DNA of 63,552 nucleotides, the filler included, from Choristocarpus tenellus KU-1152 (taxonomy: Eukaryota > Protista > Phaeophyceae), in the NCBI GenBank assembly GCA_964200185.2. It is 11 parts of 11 records of this genome, joined end to end, with 100 filler letters (N's around TTAATTAATTAA, not from the genome) between each part and the next. Parts side by side here need not be neighbours in the genome. Positions count along the whole stretch, not along the records: positions 1 to 3,529 come from CAXNAD020019439.1; positions 3,630 to 9,051 come from CAXNAD020010833.1; positions 9,152 to 13,508 come from CAXNAD020014941.1; 8 more parts are not named here. The stretch is one strand, 5' to 3'. The position numbers were made by a program, and so were the translations under genes. Positions 1 to 11,196 of this stretch are shown here, piece by piece (position 1 is the stretch's first letter; every line of letters begins with the position of its first letter). Below the pieces are notes generated by a model. The model saw nothing but the letters and a program-made list of their open reading frames with translations, did not search any database and was not told where the DNA came from.

Positions 1-2
1 TC

Positions 3-606
3 AATATCATGGACCTGTGCTTCTTCAGGTCTTTGAAATGCCGGGTTATGGGGGAGCGGTTTGTGTGCAATTTACCTTGGAAGGTATTGCTATTTATCAG
101 TAGTGAAGACACAAGCCCCTTTTTTGAATGTGAAAAGAATGGATGGATGAAAATAGAAGAGTGACCTTGTGGGGTGCCTCCTATTGCTTGTTTCTTTATT
201 ATTGTTTGTGTCAGAACAGTTTATCTGCAATACCGAACTCTATAGATAATTTAGATGAACTATCTCATTAGTGACACCACTTGGACTCAATTCAATGCAA
301 TAATCTCGCATGCACAAAATAAGGTACACCTAACTATTGTCCTGTTTTGCACAGTTTGGGTCTGTTGAGGATATGGTGAAGGTCATTGAGAAACAGTATG
401 AGTATGATGAAACTACACTTGAGAGGGCTTGGCAGCTCCTTTTTGTGGTGTACAATCAAGTACTTAGATACAAAGGGGGGAGTGACTTCAGTGTGGAACA
501 CACAGGAGTAAGGAAGAGGCAGTTGTGTGGTGAGCTTAAAAACACGCCGAAGGTAGACATGGAGGCTTTTTCTGTGGCTGATAAAATTGAGATGGATGGG
601 GAGTAA
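3..606 (+). pseudogene. C-terminal part of a Tc1/mariner DD39D-type transposase, interrupted by a solo LTR at 64-353
   Basis: 3-62 reads NIMDLCFFRSLKCRVMGERF (resembles the SPDLNVLDLGFF motif); 355-606 reads FGSVEDMVKVIEKQYEYDETTLERAWQLLFVVYNQVLRYKGGSDFSVEH...stop (resembles the GGNxYxxPH tail). A degenerate right TIR follows at ~704-725. Confidence 0.75.
64..353. mobile_element. Solo LTR (290 bp) with 5-bp TSD GTTTG
   Basis: Begins TGTGCAA and ends TTGCACA (7-bp inverted termini, TG...CA). GTTTG is at 59-63 and 354-358. Removing the element plus one TSD restores the transposase frame. A related copy is at 15751-16067. Confidence 0.85.
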
Positions 607-1099
607 TGATAATAATAAGAGATGAACATAAATTTGTCAAGGATTCCAAATCTTCTTTCAGAAATGAATTTCATCATCTTCAAAACTTATGGACAACACG
701 GCACAGACTTACGGAACATAGGTAGTTAGTACGTGGACATACACAAGACTTCAGGGTCACAGACTCATGCAGTACCTCTACTCTTGAAATATAATTTGGT
801 TCGAGGGAGGAAAAGATAAATTTCGATTAGAGGAATGGAAGAGGGCAATGAAGAGCTATGCTTCGGCTGCTTCATAGAAGTTAATCATGGTGGACACCTA
901 CAGTACGTTGTGGGCTAGTTTGTATGATAGGTTGTATCTTTCCAACCTGCACTACTTATTTCAAAGCTATTTCAAACGCCTGGTGAGCCAGCCACTTCAG
1001 GATGGAAAATGAAATGGACACAAAAACAGGTCGATGAAATATTAGAGCAAACATTTGTGGGTGGATGGAGGGAAAAGAAAATAAACGAAGCTGGAAATG

Positions 1100-2600
1100 A
1101 TTGAAATTCAAACTCTGGAACACTGACAGTGATAAACTTGGTGAGAGTGATAGAAAACACTACGACTCAACTCTACTGCAATTATTATGATACTCCCCGC
1201 GACTATAAATATTTGTTATTAAATCTACGCAACTTTCATGTCCACTATGGAATACAGCGAGGTTGGGACAAGGCTCAGGGTATCTGCGACACAAGAACCC
1301 ACCACATCGGGATGGACATCCTGAGTTCAATGCAGAACAATCTTGTAATTTTTCCTGCATTGGAAACTGTCGAACTGACCAATGTTCCATATTCATGAGC
1401 TTGGGATGGTATACACTTTTGCTCAACGACGTAAAGTTGAGCGAGGCAAGAGTTTCTAGGTTTCTAGTGTTGGGATCAGGCGTACCCAATCTGTGACAGG
1501 CTTGTCGAACAAAGAACAAAGTCGTGTCAAAAAGGCGATTGATCTACCAGTCTACCCACCTCCCTCCCTGTCAAGAATTGGGTCCGCTGCTCAATCTCAG
1601 AGACATGGGATTTGATATCCACACAGGAGCCAACAGAATCCGTCAACGTCTCGATTTGTCCTTGGGCAGGCAGGGCCTGGAATTTTTATCATGAAACAAG
1701 GGATGAAAAAAGAAACAGCATTTTCTTGTTCTTTTCCACCGTGAGAGACTTTTTGGAGACAGAGGGTTAGGGCTGTATGAGGTGGGTGGGATTTACATCA
1801 AAAACGAACAGGGTCGCCCTCCTCTGGTGACAGACGTACTGCAGGTGTCCTCTTTCCCCGTAGTTTATGCACCATCCTTTGAATGTACACAGACCGGCAT
1901 GTTTTATCAGACCGCATTTATCACATTTCTCAATAATTCCAGTGGTGTTGACACGAGACCTTGCTGTGTACGGGATCATGTCATACCAGGTTTTGCATGA
2001 TAACCAGTCATGCTGTGGCCACTACCCTGATTGGCCTTTAATTTTCTCACAATAAGAGCGCTCCCTGTCTCTCTACAGTTCTCTGCTTCCCTCTGCAAGG
2101 AAAAATATCATGAACAAAGAGCATGTTGGATCATGACTCTTGTCCTCTCCCTGTTCTCATGGGGTTGTAGGTAATGCTTGGTGATTTGGTAGTCATTGTA
2201 CTAACAGATCAGCATGGCAATTTGTAGGACTTGCTCTGGCATCTCATCCTCCATCATAACCATCTAACCCCACCCAGTCCCTCATAGTGGGAAGGTAATC
2301 TTGGGGTCTGACCCAACAGTATCTTGACATTCATCACCCAATTTCTGAAACCTAGAAAATTTTCTCATCTAAATGGATGAGAAATTCTTTCCTTAGCTGC
2401 TTCCACACCTCAAAAGGTGAAGCTGCATTGCAGACAATACACCTGTAGAAACTACTGGTGGTAATCCTCAACACAATGTCGTAAGCCTTCTTGGTCTGGA
2501 TGACTTTTTCTTCATTCACTCCTTCTCCCTTGATGAAGTCAATGTCTCCCACCTGAAGAGGGTCCTACCTTTCCTCCAGAGCTTGGTTGATACTGCCTTT
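1100..2600 (-). mobile_element. Degenerate Ty1/copia gag-pol remnant
   Basis: Gag-like ...CNAASPFEVWKQLRKEF (2352-2552); zinc-knuckle-like KCDKCGLIKH and CINYGERGHLQYVC (1767-1979); weak protease and integrase traces downstream; many stops and frameshifts. Boundaries are approximate. Confidence 0.6.
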
Positions 2601-2809
2601 CGTGCCTAAGAAGGCACATTTTTTGGTGAGCCACTCAGGATAATTGCCATCTGACCATTGGAGGAGCTTAGTTTGGAAGCCTTCAGAGGCCATGAGTGCA
2701 GTTTACCTACCCAGGTCACTTTAGTCCTAGCTGCGCCTCCTCTAGTTAGAGTATATTTGTTGACGGTTAAGCGTCTTGAAAAGCTTTGAGTATAAAAGGC
2801 TCGACGCCA

Positions 2810-2990
2810 AGGCACAGGAGGGTAGTGATGTAGCATAGCTGGTAGCAATATAGTAAATAGGAGTAAATAGATGATAGAAAAATGTCTTTCACATTTACGA
2901 CACCTGTTACTTTTTTAGGGGTTGTTCTGACATTTTAATGGTTTTTCATTGGTTTCTCCCCAGACACATCTGGAAAATGTCAGAGGGCAT
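2810..2990 (-). repeat. Dispersed repeat shared with 21490-21650 (probably LTR or leader of the copia family)
   Basis: The reverse complement matches 21490-21650 in colinear blocks: CCCTCTGACATTTTCCAGATGTGTC, AAACCAATGAAAA, TGTCGTAAATGTG, TATGCTACA. Confidence 0.75.
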
Positions 2991-3529
2991 AAAAATAAAT
3001 TGAGGTTTCCTATCAGGAATCCCAGACTCCAGTGGAGGATCTTTCGCGAGGTTGGGGCGTGGAATCTTCTCAATCCCACAAGTAGTGGATAGCTGTTCGA
3101 TCAGAGATGTCAAACACCAAATATTCTCTTTCTTGTCACACCTTGACATTCTGATGGTCATTTTCTGATGAGATACCTTATATTGCACACCTCCACACTC
3201 TGCAGTCCTCTGCGATACTCTGGAATTCTCTGCAGTTCTCTACAGTTTTTGCACTTGTCCAACCCCTAGCATTGCTCTCTTGGTTACGGTTCGTCTTGGT
3301 CCATGTTGGTTCATGTTGGTCCATATTGGTTCTTGTTGGTCCTTCTGGTTCGTCTTGCCCACTGATTCTCTTCACCACCCTTACCTGAGCGAACCACGTC
3401 GGCACAGATTGATGCATAGTACTATTATAATATAATAGTGTAATGTAAATGTATATAATATGTGAAAGTGTCAAAGGTGCCAAGTTCTTTTTTGCTCAAG
3501 GGGGCAATCACAATCACCGGACTGAACTC

Positions 3530-3629
3530 NNNNNNNNNNNNNNNNNNNNNNNNNNNNNNNNNNNNNNNNNNNNTTAATTAATTAANNNNNNNNNNNNNNN
3601 NNNNNNNNNNNNNNNNNNNNNNNNNNNNN
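3530..3629. other. Artificial contig spacer; same design at 9052-9151, 13509-13608, 17820-17919, 23805-23904, 41367-41466, 49040-49139, 52398-52497, 57461-57560 and 60879-60978
   Basis: 100 bp of N with a central TTAATTAATTAA (stops in all six frames), present ten times. Confidence 0.98.
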
Positions 3630-5717
3630 ATGAGATCTCTTGCGTGTGTGTGTGTGTTTTTTTTTTTTTTTTTGAATTACCTTTTTGGGCTGATAGATTT
3701 CAGGAATAGTTTGATCACAAGGGTGCCTTATCACACGGTTTGCCTATGTCTCCGATACCTCTGCCCAGGTACGTTTGGACTACCTGAGGGACTGCTATCA
3801 TAGATAGTCCCATGTTCGCCTTGCTGGATTTTACATTGCTCAGTTGTGTGATAAGTTGTTGTGTTTAGTTTCTTTGCCACCAAAGCCTCCACTCCTCTCT
3901 TTTCCTCAAGGCGAATATCAGCAGTCGAAAAAACATTTCCCCTCTTGCATGCAGTCTTGTTGATACCCAAGGAGAACACTCTGTGAGTTGTAGCTTGCTT
4001 GTATCTCTCTGTCGCCACATGCTGTTTCAGGGAGCTTTCTACATCCTTAGCTATCCGTTGGTGGAGTTCTTGAACCTGGGAAGCTCTAAGCTGCTCACCT
4101 TTGACAATGAGGTGGGTGGTTCAGGGGGCGGGGGTAGATTTTTTTTGGTCTACTCTAAGTATTTTTTGGAGTAGGTTGTGCTGTACTGTGACAACCAAGC
4201 TGTGTTAAGTTTCTAATTTCCACGAATCATTATTGATTTAGGATTGTGGTGTGGAGGAGAGGGGGGGTTCGAATGTGGAAGCCCTATTGATACTGTTGGG
4301 GGGGTAAAGCAAGAGTTTGGGCAGTCAATCGCCTGGCTTTCGGGGAGGAGTCCCTGTTCAGGAATTGTTGGTAACCTTGACGTGCAAATGACCAGATTCA
4401 TGAACCCTTCTGAATCACCAAGGAGATCGTCAGAGGCTTATTGAAGTTGTGCCCTCTGTCTTAGGGGGTCTTCGGAGATTGATGTAGAATGAGTTTTTGG
4501 TTGGGAGGGTAAGGGGTTAGTAGTATGTCTTGAATTATATGAACTTATCCTTGTTTTGGATCATCTGTCTGATATGTCACATGAGAAAAGGATATTTTCA
4601 TTGCAATGGAGGTTTTGTTGAATCTCTTACCTATTTCGAACATAGAGAGAAGTTAGATTTTAATTCAATGGTTCGAAGGAGATAACAGGTAGGTGGGGCT
4701 GAAGCTGCAAGCTGTTGATGAATGCCCTTTGTTCTCTTTAACGAAGACTTCTTTTTTTTCTGTTGCTATCGTCCTAGTGATCGCATGCCTAAAGGGTCAG
4801 TCATTACCCAGTTCAGCCCCTTAGCAGTGTTGATAGTATTTGATTGGTCACCGCCTTCACAAGGTGGAAATGATGCCCCTCCGCTATTGTTTCAAACTGG
4901 GATTAGGGTTAGCAAACCGTCCATTCCACCGCTACCTCTGTGGAGACCCCTATCAGAACTCTGGAAATTGTGTGAAAGCAACAACAGAACCTACCTTGTT
5001 CCTGACCTACAGATTGGGCTCATGTTGCATCTAACTCATATTTCCTTGTGATAACTATTGTAACTACCCCTGTCATCATAGGTCAAATCACGTTATATAC
5101 GTAGGACATACACACAGGTACACCTCGTTCAAGAATATGTAACCGACCTCCTCCTTCCCCACCACCCCCTTCTCTGACCCTGCTTCATGTTAATGCACCA
5201 TTGTCATTCTGACCCTTGTCACTCTTTATTTCCTTTCTAGGATGTCACTGTTGGGTCCTGGCTTCATGGAGTGGACAGGGCGATCTTCCCCCTCAATGAC
5301 CTGAGGGAAGCCCGACTCTGGCAGTGCTCGTGTGCAGTGTCAGGCTTTGTTCCAGCGAATGACCCTAATACTTTTTTCCACAACTGTAAAGAGATAGAGC
5401 AGCAGCAGAACTGCAAGAGGGCTCTGCCAATGTGCTAGATGTTGGAGGCTGTTTGTTTCAATTGGGAGCAGAGTGGGACTTGCTCATGGCTTGCTCGGAA
5501 AATCTGGGGGTAGTTTGGGGAAGCCAGTGGAGACGGAACGAGGAGCAAGGGGTGTGTGTATGCCGTTTCCTATTTTTATGGCTTGATCTTCTGTTTAGGG
5601 ATTTGGCGATTGTGATGAGGACTTCATCTGTTCGATTGTTGAATTTCATCCTAGTTAGCAATCTTTTTGGGAAGATTAGTTGGGTGGTGAAGTAATTGAC
5701 GAGATTGATGCTTGTGG

Positions 5718-5751
<34 letters not shown>

Positions 5752-6559
5752 ACGCATGTAAAATATAATTTCCTTTTTCAAGGTTTGGAAGGAGTCTCTC
5801 ACTTTTACCGTGAAGAGGCTTTTTAGGTGGCCCTCACATATGTACCATGTAAAACTGAGTCATTCCCGTCCCACCACTCTGTACATTGCTAGTACTGGTT
5901 CTTATCCTCGTGTGTGTGTTTGCGCCGAAGGGTATTTTTTAGATGTACCTGAAAAGATACAACACCCCCACGGATTTGGTCAGGTCAAACTGGCTCTGTT
6001 TTGTAGCTCATTGTCGTCAGTGGCTCTCCTCCATATCATGAGTCTAGTCACCATCTCACACCTTGTGTGTTCAGGTCACGGGTACTGACTTTTGATGTCG
6101 CACAAGCATGCGCATGCGCCAACCATGTTCCTCCCATCTGATATGCCAGCTTACTCTTGTGGTGGATCTTAACAAGAGCTGTGCACTATGGATAAGATTA
6201 CACCAAAAATAGTCCTTTTTTCCCGTATATTGTGTTATTGCGTCAGATATTGGGTGATGGTGGGTAGTGTCTGGATCTTGGCGACACTTCTTAGGTTACA
6301 ATGATTTTTTTTTGTTATTTTTATTTTTTCTTTCTCGTTTCGTCTGTGTGACAGTTACGCATTTCTTCAAATATTCGTTGTGCTACCGTTTCTTCTCTGG
6401 CTACCATTTGGACACTCCAACTGGGCTCGGGACCCCTCAGACAACTAATATAAATGTGAACAATTATTGAAGTGGCAGCACATTGTACTAGATCTTCGGT
6501 CTTGTGCCTAATGGCTCGCTGTCCTGCGTTTCATGTGTTCTAAGAATAGTATTTCGCAA

Positions 6560-6840
6560 CAACTACTCTATAGTAGATACTCAACAGAAGTATGTCCTTT
6601 TGTGTCAAACTTGGAGAGAGCGGAGAAAGAGCAACAGGTCCTGCCTTGATATTGCCTATTGCCTATTATTGTCTGTTGCAACGTACCAACATCAAAGTGG
6701 TACACACCCCCACAACTCTGGCACCACTGCCATTGACTCTCTCCCCCTTCTCCAAGAAGGCTATGCTGATAGCTGCACATGCGTACGTTGTGTTCATTTG
6801 TCGCACCCCTCCATCATAGGCACATACTGTGAGCAAGCTG
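6560..6840 (-). pseudogene. Possible RNase H remnant of a non-LTR retrotransposon
   Basis: Minus frame LTVCAYDGGVRQMNTTYACAAISIAFLEKGERVNGSGARVVGVCTT resembles the DG(S/G)-containing N-terminus of retroelement RNase H; stops lie on both sides. Confidence 0.35.
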
Positions 6841-7659
6841 TCCAATCCCAGAAAGGGCGGTGTAAAATATTAGTACCTCTGTGGACCTATTAATAATGGT
6901 GAGGATGTTGGATGTGATGTAATGGGTGGCCTCAGAATCTTGTGTGTTTCTGCCCAGTATCTTTTCGAGGTCCAAGTCATTCATGATGCGTGACTATAGT
7001 GGTAACAGTAGCTTCGCCCTCTAGGGTTGTCCTGTCATAATTTTGATGTAGACATCGGATTTTAAGAATAAAAGCATTTTGGTGATGCCCATCGCAAGAC
7101 CCCTCAAGTAAGGGCTTCATTATTTTTTCTCGCCAAATTTAACTTTTTTTGAATAAAGACGGCTCATATTGGTGTTCGAACCACGGATTGTAGGTCACCA
7201 ATAATGGAATAGATACACTACTGATTAAAGTATAGGGTTTAGGAGGGGGAAAAGCCTCCCCACCCTTTCTTCCTATGTGTTCGCGCACACACTCTTTGAC
7301 CTCGACAAAGATGTCCTCGTCGAGGCCCAGAAAGAAACGCCTCCCATAGTGCTTGCTCCGATACCTTGATGTGACCCTTAGGAATTTTCTCCCATTTGCT
7401 TACAGTTTCCGCCCTGACCATCGCATATCCTGCTGCCATCTAGAGTGCTCTTCGACGGATCTTTCCGTCGTTCATACACACATACAGAATTCACAGTGTT
7501 AGAGCCTTAACTATCACATTTCCTTGTTGAGCGCCAGAAATGGGCATTGTCCGTGTTTCCTGGACGGGTGATATTTTATCAGCAAGGTGCAAGGGTGAGG
7601 GAGGACAGGCTTGAGTTGATCGAGAATTGTCTTGAATGAATGCAGGCTGGGAGAAAGTC

Positions 7660-8313
7660 CTAATCAACTTCATGTACATCCAACCCCAAGTCCAGGAGAA
7701 AAGGTGAATGTACGGCATCTTCCAAGAATTGGGAGACATCAAGCCATTGGTGTGCAAATAGTCTCAATCTCGCCTCGTCTTCTTTCCTGGCGTCCTTGTC
7801 GATGGCTACCTCCACCTGCTTCGCGACCTCTTCTAAGTAAGGGATTTGGTGGTATCGAAAAGTCTCCACAGCTGCCTTTGTGATCGCTTTCTCCTCCGCC
7901 TTGCGAGCCCTTTCGACCTTCTTTCGGGCTTCTGGGCTCTTGTAGCCCAACCCTAACACCTTCTTTCTCGTTTCCTTAAGACATTCTGACTCCCACAGCT
8001 TCCAAACAGCCAGGACCTGCTGCAACCGTCGACTACAAAGATTTTCTACACCCGGGTTTTCGCTTAGGCGTTTCCTGAGCGCAATGGCACGCAGTCGCAC
8101 TGCTCTCTTTCCCAACCTTCCCTTTTGGCTGCCACTCTGGTTTTCCCTTCGCTCGCCATGACCAGGCTTCGCCACAGACTTCATCACGGTACCACTTGGT
8201 GATGGACTTGCCGCTCTCTTTCTGCTTCCCGAGGCGGCAGAGACTGCAGAGCATTTATCCGACATGGGTGAAGATCCGACCACGTTTGTGTGGTAATGCT
8301 TTGAAAGCATCAT
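7660..8313 (-). CDS. Hypothetical basic, helical protein (217 aa) inside the TIR element
   Basis: Longest ORF in the window; ATG start, intronless, K/R/E-rich. No recognised domain. Confidence 0.45.
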   Translation of the reverse strand: MMLSKHYHTNVVGSSPMSDKCSAVSAASGSRKRAASPSPSGTVMKSVAKPGHGERRENQSGSQKGRLGKRAVRLRAIALRKRLSENPGVENLCSRRLQQVLAVWKLWESECLKETRKKVLGLGYKSPEARKKVERARKAEEKAITKAAVETFRYHQIPYLEEVAKQVEVAIDKDARKEDEARLRLFAHQWLDVSQFLEDAVHSPFLLDLGLDVHEVD

Positions 8314-8336
8314 CTCTCAGCGTCAGCGTCGCGTCC

Positions 8337-8828
8337 CTATGATCCATTTCGCGATTTGATTATGCTGCTGCGCCACAGTATACGCACTTCCTCGTCACCT
8401 AACATCGCACTGAGTGTCACACGGTACTTGCATTCCCGTCGCCCCTTGACAGAGAAGGTGCGGAGGGTAGATCCAGGGGGCAGAGTGGCCTCGGCGGTTC
8501 TCCTTGTCTCACCGTCGTGGTTCATGTTGCTGTGTAAGTCACGCGTGTGTGTGCTCACAGAAATTTTGCAAAAGGCATTTAAGAGATGTCCGGAAATGTT
8601 GCTTTCTTCTTTTTTTTTCGGTATCTCCACAACAAACCAAATCCGGCAGTGACGTGCCCCAGACCAGTTCTTTGCAAGGAGTTCGGTCAACCACTTCAGT
8701 TTTGTCCGTTTTGAAATCTTCACCTCCAAAGTTGCGCTGGAGATGTTCCCCCGCGTTTTTTCCATTACTTGATCGAGAAACAGTTCTTGTTCCCCGAAGC
8801 CTGGACATTCGTGCATACAAACCTTCAA
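8337..8828 (-). CDS. Hypothetical protein (~160 aa) inside the TIR element
   Basis: Open frame ending 23 bp before the start of the 217-aa ORF, same strand, in a GC-richer segment. No recognised domain. Confidence 0.35.
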   Translation of the reverse strand: MKVCMHECPGFGEQELFLDQVMEKTRGNISSATLEVKISKRTKLKWLTELLAKNWSGARHCRIWFVVEIPKKKEESNISGHLLNAFCKISVSTHTRDLHSNMNHDGETRRTAEATLPPGSTLRTFSVKGRRECKYRVTLSAMLGDEEVRILWRSSIIKSRNGS

Positions 8829-9168
8829 ACGCTCTTGTCATACCCATTCATTTCATATATATATGCAATCTTGTATGGCTTTGTGGTAACCTGGTGATAA
8901 AAAAGAAGATTGCCACAGAGGGCGAAGCTACTGGTATCACCATATACAAGCAATAATATGTACGTTGCTGAGTTAACAACCCCTCAGCAAAATTGAGGAT
9001 GGAGCATACCATGGAGGATGGGTTTGACCCAAAATGGTGCGCGGAAAGTGCNNNNNNNNNNNNNNNNNNNNNNNNNNNNNNNNNNNNNNNNNNNNTTAAT
9101 TAATTAANNNNNNNNNNNNNNNNNNNNNNNNNNNNNNNNNNNNNNNNNNNNCCTGCCAATCTCATTAG

Positions 9169-9438
9169 GTGGGTTACCTGGAACAAGAACCGAAGCTCAA
9201 TGAGGGGGCCACTGTGAGGGAGAACATTGAGGCTGCCGTAGCAGACACACGGGGTCTGCTACAGAAATACGAGGACGTGAGTAGATACTACCGGGATCCT
9301 TAACAGGGGCTGCTATTGCCTCTATGGAACCTGGGCCCACACCCGCCCCTGGGCCTGCTCACCTTACCTGAACCTGATCTCCTTGCCATCATCTTCTTGT
9401 GTGTAATGTTTTTTGTTTGTTTTGGTTCTCTCTGTCTC

Positions 9439-9506
<68 letters not shown>

Positions 9507-9882
9507 CATTGTTTGTGTGTGTGTGTTTAAAAAAAGAAATCATTTTCTTGTCTTTTTTGTAGCAGTACAGTATCGCTCCCTGTTTTGGTGATCCCGTCCT
9601 TGTGTGTGTGTGTGTGTCTATGTGTGTGTGTTCATGCATGCATCTTATTTTTCTTAATTTTTTATATTATATATGTATGTCTATAAAAAACGATTTGGGG
9701 GGTGGTGCAATGCATGTGTTTATTTTAATTAAATTTTTTAAATGTGCGTCGGAGCATGTCTTATTTACCCTCTACTACCTACAACCAATATACCGTGTAG
9801 TGTACGGCATAAGCATGTTTTTATTTTTATTATTTTTCTAGTAGTCTTACTATGTGCGTCTGTTTTTATTTTAAGACTAGTC

Positions 9883-9913
<31 letters not shown>

Positions 9914-10976
9914 TTTTAAAATTTCATTTATTTGTTTTTTTTCTGTACCATGGCAGATTTCGAAAAAACTGGGAGGCGAAGGTTCAGACATGGAAAAGCT
10001 GTCCAATGAGATGGACCGACTGCAGAGCACAATCGAGGCTGTGGATGGATGGGAGTTGGACAGGTGAGAAGAACAAACCGTATCCTGTGTGTGTACGTGG
10101 AGTGATGCTGCCCGAGAGGGTGGTGATGTTGGAGTCTTGGAGGTCTTTCATATCTGCCTTGTGATGTGTGTGTGTGTGTATCTGAGTACTTTGGAGGGTG
10201 CACTTAAGCTATTGCCTCGTTAACAGGTAACCTTCTAGAGACACAGCCTCCTGAGGGAGGGGCTCAATGAGCATTTGAGAAAAAACTTTAACAGGTAACC
10301 TTCTAGAGACACAGCCTCCTGAGGGAGGGGCTTAATGAGCGTTTGAGAAAATAAACATTCTTTGGCTTTGGGCAACCGTATCTAGTATCGTGAAATGTTC
10401 CGAAATGCGCCTTTGAGCCTTGAAATGAAAAAAGAATAAGAAAGGGTTGAGATTTGATGTTGATGTTGATGTCGATTCTATTTTTATTTATTTAGGTGGT
10501 GGGTTTCGCTTGCTGCTCTGCTAGTACCGACGGTCTTTTGAAGTGTTTTGAAAAACGGTTGAATTTTCGCTGTGTGAGTGACGAAACGAAGGATTTCTCG
10601 TTGTAAGAAGAAACGCCTGATGATGTATGGTGATGGGATGTTTTTATTTGATTTTTTTTTTTTTTGTGATGTCGAACGCCTCTGAAGGGTGGTGAATCTA
10701 GCTGTGGGAGAGATGAGCGCTGGCGACCACTGTTGACAAGGTTTATTACTTGGTTGGTTTAGTTTGTTTATTTATTAGTTGGTTTATTAGTTGGCTGTGA
10801 TGTACAGTTCTTAATTGTTTCATTAGGTTCTTTGTTGATGCTGATGGTGGAATGATGTGTGTGTGTGTGTGTGTGTGTGTATGTGATGTCTTATCTGCAT
10901 GGTAAAAGGATTGTGGAGCGGGCTATGGATGCCCTGCGATGCCCCGATGGCGATAGTCTGGTGGACAACCTTTCTG
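9169..10976 (+). CDS. ettA: EttA/ChvD-type ABC-F ATPase, internal exons 9169-9276, 9957-10063, 10909-10976
   Basis: Spliced (GT-AG, consistent phases): VGYLEQEPKLNEGATVRENIEAAVADTRGLLQKYED|ISKKLGGEGSDMEKLSNEMDRLQSTIEAVDGWELDR|IVERAMDALRCPDGDSLVDNLSG, i.e. Q-loop, arm and start of the LSGGE signature typical of EttA. Confidence 0.88.
9428..9502. repeat. (CT)n microsatellite in an intron
   Basis: Direct inspection. Confidence 0.95.
10220..10350. repeat. Tandem duplication of a ~68-bp unit in an ettA intron
   Basis: TAACAGGTAACCTTCTAGAGACACAGCCTCCTGAGGGAGGGGCT...GAGAAA occurs twice, nearly identical. Confidence 0.9.
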
Positions 10977-11160
10977 GTGAGAGCCTTTCTGGAGAGGGCG
11001 TGTTGCGCACACACTCTGTGAGACAAAAACTATTTTTTGCATTTTTTTTTTTGCAAATGTGTTTATTATTATTTTTTTGATGGTGTGATAATTGTCAGGA
11101 ATGAAAATAATTTTAAATTTGTGTTTAAAATTATAAAAAAAGATGAGGTATGTTTAAAAA

Positions 11161-11196
<36 letters not shown>

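Larger units (their letters stand above)
7001..8938. mobile_element. 1.94-kb TIR-bounded DNA element (Merlin-like termini) carrying orphan ORFs
   Basis: Left TIR GGTAACAGTAGCTTCGCCCTCT (7001-7022) and right TIR AGAGGGCGAAGCTACTGGTATC (8917-8938) are 20/22 identical as inverted repeats. Flanks ACTATAGT / ACCATATA may be a decayed 8-bp TSD (5/8). Confidence 0.65.

Noticed and set aside
3574-3585. Recurring TTAATTAATTAA motif as a biological repeat or regulatory site
   Set aside because: It is always centred in 100-bp N blocks and is a six-frame stop linker added when contigs were concatenated.
7500-7640. J-domain-like LLIKYHPSRK...FLALN in the TIR element
   Set aside because: It lacks the HPD Asp, is short and is out of frame with the upstream ORF; likely chance.
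9300-9639. ORFs with RERERE, SLSLSL or HTHTHT tracts (also near 5458, 58018-58680, 61095, 61673-62239)
   Set aside because: These are translations of microsatellites and minisatellites in introns or intergenic DNA.
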